DNA from: Eledone cirrhosa
Taxonomy: Eukaryota
Assembly: GCA_964016885.1 (NCBI GenBank)
Contig: OZ024742.1
Location: forward strand, 255,502,001-255,566,000
DNA: 64,000 bases
Reading direction: 5' to 3'
Shown here: piece by piece, positions 53,750-64,000 of the stretch
How the letters are laid out: every line of letters begins with the position of its first letter
Position numbering within the stretch: the first letter of the stretch is position 1
Made by a program: the position numbers and the translations under genes
Notes under the pieces: generated by a model
Databases searched by the model: none
Told to the model about the DNA's origin: nothing
The model's input: the letters and a program-made list of their open reading frames with translations, nothing else

Positions 53750-54680
53750 TCATAGAATATTGCAATCATAGAATTAGAAAAATCTTCAAATATTATAAAC
53801 CTAATTAATATACACCTTACACTTATATTTTATATATTATTATAATTAGTTTTTTTTTATCTAGTTAACATATAATTAGTACTTTACTACAGAGAACTTC
53901 ATAATTTTATTTCCCTCTTACAGCTCTCTTTTCCTAAAATTAATACCTAAAAGTATACCTATAAATTAATTTAATTTCCTGTTATGAATCTAGATTCCTT
54001 CTAGTTTATATAAGATTGGTATTTCTAACTACTACCCTTATCACAAAATTTTACTTTTCTTCGTTTTTAATTCTTATTTATCACATTCATATGAATTAAT
54101 ATAAATTTATCCTTATAAGTATACCTATCAATTAATTTTATTTCTTGTTATAGATCTAGATTCCTTGTGGTTTAAATAATATTGGTATTTCTCACTAATA
54201 CCCTTACCCTAAAATTTTATTTTCCTTCGTTTTTAACATTATTCTTTAATAACATCGTGTATCCTTCACTGGCTTGACCTCTTTTAATCCCCAAAGTATT
54301 CTTTTCATTCAAAGTATTCTTTTCATTCAAAACATAAGTCTGCACTCCTCTACCCCTAAATTAAATTTCTACTACCACTATTCTATCAACTTGGCCTCTA
54401 ACTGCTTTTCTATTGGTCAATTCAAAACCTGTTTCCAAACAGACCTATTACATTAAATCTTTGTTGTTTTTTTTCAATAAACAAATTTCATCATTTCTGA
54501 AGACAGCATGTATATGTGAATGTATGTATATTTCCTCTGATAATTTGTAATATTTTTACATATATCTATATGATATACATACCAACACACATATACATCC
54601 AAGAAACGATCGTAAAATGATGAATTTTTTAAAGGAACTTGTTCTTTGTTTGTATTTAATTGTTTTTATTAATTTATATA
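53750..54680 (+). mobile_element. PLE 3' end (AT-rich UTR with ~170-bp duplication) carrying a hammerhead
   Basis: YCNHRIRKIFKYY* resembles the Naiad C-terminus; TA flanks; hammerhead near the 3' end. Confidence 0.55.
54487..54624 (+). ncRNA. Type I hammerhead with 10-bp stem I and ~100-nt stem II
   Basis: TTCATCATTT-CTGAAGA(54497)..ATGTATATGTG/CACATATACAT..GAAA(54603)-CGATCG-TA-AAATGATGAA. Confidence 0.75.
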
Positions 54681-54844
54681 TATATATATATATATACATA
54701 TGTGTGTGTGTATAATAGAAATAAAATACCCATACACACACACACATGTGCAACATTTAAAATAATATCAAAATATCGACAGTTATTTTATAAGGGAAGC
54801 TTTATTAATGAAGCTCTAGCTTCATATTGAAAACAATTGCACCA

Positions 54845-55070
54845 TTAATTCGTCTTAAACAATTACATTTTAATGGCGGCAACCGACAGAAAACAGTTTT
54901 GTTGTTAATTCATCGTAATCTTTATATTTTAATGGCAGCAACTCACTAAAAACATTTCGCTGTTAATTCTTCTTAAACTATTATTTTAATGCTGACAACC
55001 CACTAAAAACTGTTTTGTTGTTAATTTGTCTTAACTAATTATTTTTTTAATGGCGCGCCAATCAACGAAA
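54845..55070. repeat. ~58-bp minisatellite, ~4 units
   Basis: Recurring TTTTAATGGC..CAAC..AAAAC..TGTTAATT. Confidence 0.75.
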
Positions 55071-55299
55071 AATAATCGCTTTCAGATTTTAGCTAAATGT
55101 GAATACAAATAACATTGAAGTCTCACATGGACAACAATCGTTTAATGAGCCTCAATGGGGTCACTTAACGCTTTAGAAATAGCATTAACAAATCCGTGAA
55201 ACAATACAAACAAATGTAAACCTGTATATGTGTGGCTACGCTGGACCTCATTCGGTTCATGCGTCGTATGTTCCAGTAGAACATGTCGCAAATATCATT

Positions 55300-55840
55300 T
55301 ACCATCGCATCATATCGACCAAAGTCTCCGGCGGGAATCTAGATTTTGAGAAATTATTTGGAAGCGCATCAGATGGACTGTTGTGTATTTGAAAGAACCA
55401 GCCTTATCATACACTTTGTTACACTGGATCTCCTTATGTGTAAGGAATATTCAACCACCTGCCATTTAATACAAGACTAACTCGTGATATTAAGGTACGA
55501 TCGGGAAATTCATCGTGACATGGTTGACACTTGGAATTACAGGCACAGCGCATTTTTATCTCAACTGAGTGAACGGGCCTAAAACGAAATAATGTTTTGC
55601 TCAAGGGCCCAACGCGGCGTCATCCGATCCCAAAATCAAACTCATGACCATACAATTGCCTGTTGAACATCCTAACACTCTATGCTACGCATATTCAGAA
55701 CCAAACTCCACAAATACTGCAGTTAATTAATTCACTCAGTGTTTCATTACATGTATTTGTCGTTTCTTGCTGGGATGGAAATTGAACTCACGACCTTATG
55801 ATTGTAAGCCGAACAAGCCTAACCACCAAGCCAGGCGGTT
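55300..55840. mobile_element. Cluster of old SINE fragments (second family)
   Basis: CAACTGAGTGAAC..GCTCAAGG; ATTGAACTCACGACCTT..CTAACCACCAAGCC. Confidence 0.45.
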
Positions 55841-56092
55841 ATGCTACTGTAAAGAATAACAAGGTGTTTAGGAGGTGAAACAGTGTAACTGCAGTGGGAT
55901 TCATTCAGCTAAACAGTGAAATTCCTTTTGACAAGGTCGCTCAACGCTCAACTGGTGCAATCATGCAAATTCAACGTGCCTTCACTTGTAATCAGCATCA
56001 GTTTTTCACGTTTTTCCAGTATAATACAGTTGGTTTGGTTTTGTAATTACACAATCATTCTCATGCATGTATTTAATACCTTACTGCCGTTA

Positions 56093-56176
56093 ATACTACT
56101 GCTACTGCTGTTGTTGCTGGTGCTACTACTGTTGCTGCTGATATTGGTGATGATGGTGGTTGGTGGTGGTGCTGCG

Positions 56177-56224
<48 letters not shown>

Positions 56225-56261
56225 GCTGTTGCTGCTGCTGCTGCTACTACTACTGCTGCTG

Positions 56262-56344
<83 letters not shown>

Positions 56345-56348
56345 GCTG

Positions 56349-56418
<70 letters not shown>

Positions 56419-56470
56419 CGATGCTGCTACTACTGCTGCTGCTACTACTACTACTACTACTACTACTACT
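56093..56470. repeat. Compound (CTA)n/(CTG)n microsatellite
   Basis: Direct reading. Confidence 0.95.
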
Positions 56471-57044
56471 ATATTTTATTGCCTTCTGTAACATGAGGAA
56501 ATGTTATTTAAATATTTGCTAAAACAATAAACCTTGTACATTTCCTCTTAAAACACCGGGTTTTCTTCTTAACGACTTAACACCTTTCCTAACGAACTAC
56601 ACTCTACCTACAACACGATTTCTCAAAGTGGTATACAGACCACTAGGGAAGGAGGTAATATTTTGGCAGGCTATATATTTAGGGGTTCCTAGGTAGTGAA
56701 TTTACTAGATTGTATTTATTCTTTCTATAACCGGAGAGCAAAAGAGTGCTGTATTATATAGACTGACTGCCAGCTACCGTAATGCTAGCATTAAAGGTGT
56801 GTTTTTATTTATAATTCACCGATTTCTCCTCATGTAAGTTGCATTAAACACTGGTAAATTAATTATTTTTTAAATAATTTTATAATCCATTTATTGTTTA
56901 CGAATTGCGTTCTCTTATAAGTTGCATTCAGACTGGTAAGTTAATTTTTGTAATTTTATATCCGACTAATTTGTTTGGGAGTGAATAGAAAATAAATTCT
57001 CTTACAAGGTGTCTATTAGCTAAAATACTTCAGAAGCTCCGATC

Positions 57045-58725
57045 TCCACAAACACGAACACTAACACCAACATCACACCAACATCAACACCACCACCAAC
57101 ATAAACACCAACATCAACACCAACACCAACACCAACACCAACACCACCAACACCAACACCAACACAAAAACCAACACAAAAACCAACACAACACCAAAAC
57201 CAACACCAACACCAACACCACCATCAACACCAACACCAACACCAACAACAACATCAGCACCAACATCAACACCAACACCAACATCAACACCAACACCAAC
57301 ACCAACATCAACACCAACACCAACACCAACACCAACACCATCACCAACACCAACATCAACACCAACACCAACACCACTACCAACACCAACATCAACACCA
57401 ACATCAACACCAACACCAACACCAACATCATACCAACATCAACCCCAACACCAACACCAACACCACTACCAACATCAACACCAACACCAACACCAACACC
57501 AACACGAACACCACTACCAACATCAACACCAACACCAACACCAACACCAACATCATACCAACACCAACACCAACACCAACACCAACATCATACCAACACC
57601 AACACCAACACCAACACCAACACCACTACCAACATCAACACCAACACCAACACGAACACCACTACCAACATCAACACCAACACCAACACCAACACCACTA
57701 CCAACACCAACACCAATACCAACACCAACATCAACACCAATACCAACACCATCACCACCATCAACACCAACATCAACACCAACACCAACACCACCACCAA
57801 CATCAACACCAACACCAACACCACCACCAACATCAACACCAACATCAACACCAACACCAACACCAAACCAACACCAACATCAACACCAATACCAACACCA
57901 TCACCACGATCAACACCAACATCAACACCAACACCACCACCAACATCAACACCAACACCAACACCACCACCAACATCAACACCAATATCAACACCAACAC
58001 CAACACCAAACCAACACCAACATCAACACTAATACCAACACCATCACCACCATCAACACCAACATCAACACCAACACCAACACCACCACCAACACCACCA
58101 CCAACACCAACACCAACACCAACACCAACACCAACACCACTACCAAGACCAAGACCAACACCAACATCAACACCAACACCACTACCAACACCAACACCAA
58201 CACCAACTTCAACACCAACATCAACACCAACACCAACACCAACACCAACACCAACACCAACGCCAACACCACTACCAAGACCAAGACCAACACCAACACC
58301 AACACCAACACCACTACCACTACCAACACCAACACCAACATCAACACCAACACCAACATCAACACCAACACCAACACCAACATCAACACCAACACCAACA
58401 CCAACACCATCACCACCACCAACACCAACATCAACACCAACACCAACACCACTACCAACACCAACATCAACACCAACATCAACACCAACACCAACACCAC
58501 TACCAACATCAACACAACACCAACACCAACACCAACACCAACACCAACACCAACACCAACATCAACACCAACATCAACACCACCACCACCACCAACACCA
58601 ACACCAACACCATCACCAACACCACCACCAACATCAACATCAACAACAACACCACCACCACCACCAACACCAACACCAACACCACCACCACCACCACCAA
58701 CACCAACATCGACACCATAAACACC
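57045..58725. repeat. 1.7-kb (CACCAA)n hexamer satellite with CATCAA/CAC/CTA variants
   Basis: Direct reading. Confidence 0.95.
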
Positions 58726-59236
58726 GTGCGTAATTACTGATTCTCCATCTTTGTCGACATCAAGTATTCCAGATGTTCGATCAACTCAACAGCGTGCTGG
58801 TGAAACTACTCTCTAAGTTGTTGAACATTCTATAAACATATGTCCACTTAAATTAATTAAGAAGATGCAACGTAACAATGAGTGACAAGGCTAGCTTTTG
58901 AATTCCAAATACTGCCTATGCAACAACCTTCCCAAGAGTTTCAGTCGATCTCTACATCAAGTTTCACGCTCGTGACTTGCGACCCCTGTTTATGTCAAAT
59001 AGCACATGCACAAACTTCCAGACAATAACTTATACACACACACACACATATATACAGTATATATATATGGTCCGTTCTTGTTCGTCAATCTGTAATTGTC
59101 CCCCCCCCCCCCCAGTTGAACGTATTGATCAACAAATAGTTGTAAACGCAGGTTTTCGCACTCGACATAGTATACTTTTCAGAATGTCATGTAATCATGT
59201 AATAATGCAGGTTTATGAAGGACGGGGTTCGGTATA

Positions 59237-59685
59237 ATAATTGTTTCTACTTTAGGCACAAGGCTAGCAATTAGCCAGTGCATTACTGGTACTTTATTTT
59301 ATCGACCCCGTAAGGATGAAAAGCAAAGTCAACCTCAGCGGGATTTGAACTCAGATCGTAAAGAGACATAACTATGCTGGAAAGCATGGCGTCCGACCCT
59401 CCACTGATACTGCCAATGAAGACTAAGGCACTTCATTTCATTTATTACTCCTCTGGGTAATTAATACAATGATGTAAGATTCCAGCATACAGCTTTACTC
59501 TTCATTATCTATAAGTGTATATGAGGGTGGTGATTGGCAGTTTCGGTAGAGCGTCGGACACCATGCTTTGCAGTTAGCTTTGCCTTTCATTCTTACAGGG
59601 TCGATAAAATAAAGCACCAGCAATGCGCCGATTTAATCGACTTTCCCCTCCTCCAAATTGCCTTGTGCCGTTAGTAGAAATCATT
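59237..59685. mobile_element. Head-to-head Meta-SINEs (- 59237-59417; + 59525-59685 with a deletion)
   Basis: Family match. Confidence 0.82.
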
Positions 59686-59778
59686 ATCTATAAGTAACAA
59701 TTATCTATAAGTACACACACACATATATATCTAAAAATATTAAAAACATTTTTTAAATCTTGGAGAGTACCAAACCTA

Positions 59779-60295
59779 CAAAGCCGGCCATTAATCGCTC
59801 GTATACTGACTGGCCAGTTTGCTGATCTACTAATATGCAGATCTGACTGATCAACCAGTATGTTAATATCCAAATCAGGCTGATCAGTCACTGTATATTT
59901 TAGAAAATACCATATATTTTCACTAACTCTGACAGTTGGCAGGTGAACACTGAACTGCACTCATGAAGGGTAATACCCAGAAACATTAGTGTCTGCATTT
60001 CTGTTTACATGCCAACATAAGAGCAAGAACGAGGGGCTCATTCTACTGACATGGCTTTAAAAAAGAGGCTTGTTTGCATAATTGCAAACGAAATATTATT
60101 ATTAATATTCGAAAAACTCAGATTACATTTATTGTATTTAGCCATGTAGAGCGAAATTTTTATCATTATTTTATTTGAATATGGCAAAGCCGGCCATTAA
60201 TCGCTCGTATACAGAAAACTGACTGGCCAGTCTGCTGATATGCAAATCTGGCTGATTAGTGATTCTGCTAATATGCAGATCTGACTGATCAGCTG
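59779..60295 (+). mobile_element. ~406-bp partial tandem unit with a hammerhead (retrozyme/pLTR-like); 60008-60127 is homologous to 27538-27657
   Basis: CAAAGCCGGCCATTAATCGCTCGTATAC at 59779 and 60185. Confidence 0.6.
59956..59997 (+). ncRNA. Minimal hammerhead with a mutated core (CTCATGA)
   Basis: TGCA-CTCATGA-AGGGT.aat.ACCCA-GAAA-CATTAGTG-TC-TGCA. Confidence 0.65.
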
Positions 60296-60734
60296 CAAGC
60301 AGCACCTATTGAAACAGATTGCGGAAATATTTAACCAAATAGACAATAAATCAACGCACTATTTGTCTACAAATAATTCGATCATTATATCTATCATTTT
60401 ATTATTTAATAGGGAAAGGCAACAGTTGTCTTAGGCCTCGTGCCTATGTTGAAAGAGGTCGTGTCGTGGATAAGTCGAAAAAGACTGACAACAGATTCAT
60501 TCCTTCTCGGTCGGGCTCTTACTGGCTTTTTCAATTTTAATCTGAAAAGTATGGTGTCGGTGGAGGGGAGGATCTCTTCTCCAGTAAATGCACGTGAAGA
60601 TGGAGGAAAGTAGCACAGCATGTAAGAGCGAATGTGTTTAATCTCAGTATAAATACTTCTAGATAGGACAATTACAGCTAAGTGCTTACACTTGCTCTTT
60701 GTGGTTAGGGTAGTTGTAGATCTGTGAGATCACA

Positions 60735-61140
60735 GGCTTCCGAAACAGCTGATGTATGGGGAACTCTGTTCGGGGAAACGAAAGCAGGGCAGGCCTCTCA
60801 AGAGGTTCACAGACTGCGTGAAGTCCGGCATCAACAACACTGGAATCGCCGCCCCAACACAACTCGAGTCCCATGCTCAGGACAGGACTGAGTGGCGAGC
60901 CCTTACCAGACGCGCCAAAGACTCTTTTGAAGAGAAGAGAGGGGTAGAGGTCTCTGAGGCCCGTGAAAGGAGGAGAAAGGCATCAGCAGCTGCCCCAGGT
61001 AACCCCGGTCACTTCCTCTGCTCCCACTGTCCCTGGACCTGCAAGTCAAGGATCGGCCTCCCCAGCCACCTTCGTGCCCACGGCATACGGGAACTAAAAT
61101 AAAGATGTCATCATCGTTTACGATGGACAATCAACAGATA
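60735..61140 (+). mobile_element. 5'-truncated RTE LINE 3' end
   Basis: YGELCSGKRKQGRPLKRFTD, AQDRTEWR, CSHCPWTCKSRIGLPSHLRAH; 3' end TCATCATCG..CGATGGAC. Confidence 0.9.
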
Positions 61141-61334
61141 TGTGCTATTCCTCAGTTAGTCTTAGGCATTCACTACTCTTTACGAGTAGGATTGAATGCC
61201 TCATTTAATTGCATACTATGTATAGTTTTTACCCATTTGCAAAGTTCTGCATAAACCCTAACTTCAAGTTGCGACTTGTCTTTGTAATGACACCGTCCCC
61301 CAATGCCTTTGTATCAAACAAAAATATAGTCGTC

Positions 61335-61411
<77 letters not shown>

Positions 61412-61417
61412 CTTCTT

Positions 61418-61447
<30 letters not shown>
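61335..61447. repeat. (TTG)n(TTC)n microsatellite
   Basis: Direct reading. Confidence 0.95.
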
Positions 61448-61451
<4 letters not shown>

Positions 61452-61696
61452 ATTCATAGGTGGGTCGTGGGGCAGAATCCTCAGATAAGCTTAGTAGAAT
61501 GTCTTACCAAATCACGGCCCAACCTAATATTTCGATACTCTCTATATCTAAAACAACCCACCGCATGTATTTCTTATAATATCTCAAACAGACGGCTAGC
61601 AAAACATTCTGACTAAATGACATATATCTAAATATATATATATAAATATATATATATAAATATATATAGGAAGATATATATCTGATCGAATGTGAA

Positions 61697-61814
<118 letters not shown>

Positions 61815-62109
61815 CGCGTGCGTATGTGTGTTTCTGTTTATGTGTGACGATGGCGGAGATTGTTGGTTTGGTGTGAAGGCGATTCAGATAAAACGAATCG
61901 TTTATGGAATATAACATGTCATGAGGTCGTGGAAGTTATCCAGTTTGGCTGCGTGAAATAAATGCTAGAGGCAGTTTATAGGAAAAGGTAGAGAGATATT
62001 GAAATATTCAAATATAATATATAAAAAAATAAAAAAATAAAATACTGAACAATGAAGAAGAAGTAGTTATAAGTTGAATTATAGGAAGAGGGAGATAGTA
62101 AAGCAGAAT

Positions 62110-62296
62110 ACGGATTGGAAGTATTGGTAGAGGGTCGGACGCTATGCTTTGACGCATAGAGTTACGGCCCTTGCTATTCTGAGTTCGAATCTCGCCGAGG
62201 TTAACTTTGCCTTTCATCCTTACGGGGTCGATAAAATAAAGTACAAGTAATATACTGGATAATTACTGGCCTTGTGCCAAAAAGTACAAACAATTA
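62110..62296 (+). mobile_element. Meta-domain tRNA-SINE copy
   Basis: Family match. Confidence 0.88.
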
Positions 62297-62338
62297 TATA
62301 TACATATATATATATAAAATATGTATATATATATATAT

Positions 62339-62398
<60 letters not shown>

Positions 62399-62401
<3 letters not shown>

Positions 62402-64000
62402 AACAAGTATGACCTCGACGGCAGAGCTCAAGCCGTTTCGACGGCTAATTCTGGACTAAATAAGAATTTTTAGCCAGGTAAATAAATAGCCGAACTTCTC
62501 AGGGGGTAATTCCATTTATGGGAAGAAAGTAATTGTCAAAAGGATTGGTCAATAATTTGTTGTAAAGACCTATGATTCTATCATGGCATTTAGTGGAAGG
62601 TAGGGGTAGTTGAGCTTGCTGGTAGAATAAAGAGGGAGTGGGTGAACCCAGTCAAGTGTTGAAAGTGAAATCTATACAGCAGATTCTAAGGATAGTGTAA
62701 AAATGAGGAAATAAATATATAAAAAATATAAAAAACAATTTCTGGTTACTACTCCATCCCCACAATCACCAAATCTCTCATTGGTATTGCTAAGCTATAG
62801 AAAAGTTTAATAGGTGGAGAAGAATCCTAAATACAGATTGTAGTGAAAGAATTTTATAAAGCCATCTTTACAGACAATTTTATAAAGACATCTTTACACT
62901 GATATAGTTAGTAGTAATCAGCCAATGCTATCTTACAATGACAGGTTAATAAATTGAGGACAAACATACTAAAAAACTAATACGAAATATTAATTCAGAA
63001 AGCTAATACATAAATACTAATACAAGAATACTAATGCAAAAATACCACGAACAATTTTATAAAGCCATCTTTACAGGGGATCTAACGCCACTACTATAGT
63101 TAGTAGTAATCAGCCAATGCTATCTTACAATGACAGGTTAATAGGTTGAGGACAAACATACTAAAAAACTAATACGAAATATTAATTCAGAATACTAATA
63201 CATAAATACTAATACAAGAATACTAATGCAAAAATGCCACTATGAAATTTAGAAATCACGGAAATGAAGCAGCAACCAGAAAGAAAGCAATTATCTGGGG
63301 TCTAACACATCTGCCATAAAAAGCGTAATCGGCCAATTCTATCTTAAAATTGGGGGTACTGAGGCTACAGAGGACCGATGAACTGCATCGGGGTGGGCGA
63401 AAAGGCCGCCTTGGACTTTGCCGAAACACTCGCGCCCATCACCGACCAGGAAAGAAATATCATCCTCCACGACAGGAAGACAGTCCTACTTTTAAAACAA
63501 CTCCAAATGGACAAATATAGCTTTTGACTCCCCCTTTGACGTTAGTATGGGCGCGGCGGATTCGGCTGAGGTCTCAGATCTTATAGGATTATTCCTACTA
63601 TTTAAACTCACCAAAATGTTTCCTGCATTCGGTGGTGGATTGTACCGTGATGATGGGCTCCTTACCCTCAAAGGGTACAACCCCAGTAGTACAGACCGGG
63701 TCCGTAATTAATCAGCTTCTTCCGCGACTGGGGATTTAAAATAACCCTACAAACGTCCCTAACCCGAGTAAACTTCCTGGACGTTCCCTTAACCTCGATA
63801 ATGATCTGTACTACCCATAGAGGAAACCAAACGACAACCTGCATTATATCCACCGCCGGTCGAACCATCCTAGAAACATCACCAATTACCTGGTTAAAAA
63901 CATCCCCCTCCGAATATCTCGCTTGTCCGCTAATGAGCAGATATTCGATGAACTTATTACAACCAGGCCCTCAAGCGGAGTGGCTTCCGGGAGGAAATAT
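62399..64000. mobile_element. Second Naiad-type PLE: inverted 3' arm (62399 to ~63400) followed by a + strand 5'-truncated, frameshifted RT that runs off the window
   Basis: ALDFAE..IILHDRKT, FDVSMGAADSAEVSDLIG, GGLYRDDGL, NFLDV, SNHP; the left end matches the mini elements; ~190-bp duplication at 62850-63250. Confidence 0.85.
62412..62507 (-). ncRNA. Hammerhead with extended stems II and III; first box variant CTGAGAA
   Basis: Reverse complement: ACCCC-CTGAGAA-GTTCGGCTA..TAGCCGTC-GAAA-CGGC..GCCG-TC-GAGGT. Confidence 0.6.

Noticed and set aside
56590-57045. Possible hAT/Charlie MITE
   Set aside because: TIRs too degenerate and no TSD identified

Overview
AT-rich eukaryotic (animal) genomic DNA, dense in microsatellites and dominated by transposons. 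The repeat repertoire suggests a coleoid cephalopod such as octopus (inference). No intact host gene is evident; there is only one plausible 59-bp exon. Contents: a near-intact Tx1/L1-clade LINE ORF2 sitting tail-to-tail with an R4/Dong-like RLE retroelement in one (TAA)n tract; several decayed RTE LINEs; about 12 copies of a Meta-domain tRNA-SINE plus an older SINE family; an internally deleted mariner with long TIRs; hAT-like and TTAA-type MITEs; and minisatellites. The main theme is a dense set of Penelope-like elements (PLEs) inserted in (TA)n. These include a 5.3-kb Naiad-type palindrome with 2.3-kb mirror arms, at least 10 smaller fold-back insertions sharing an 'inverted arms plus one-sided tail' layout, and about 10 hammerhead ribozyme motifs from about 8 families. 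Several ribozymes have unusually long or branched stem II domains, and fold-back points repeatedly fall at the ribozyme. All folds and alignments were done by eye. Most short ORFs in the track are microsatellite translations.
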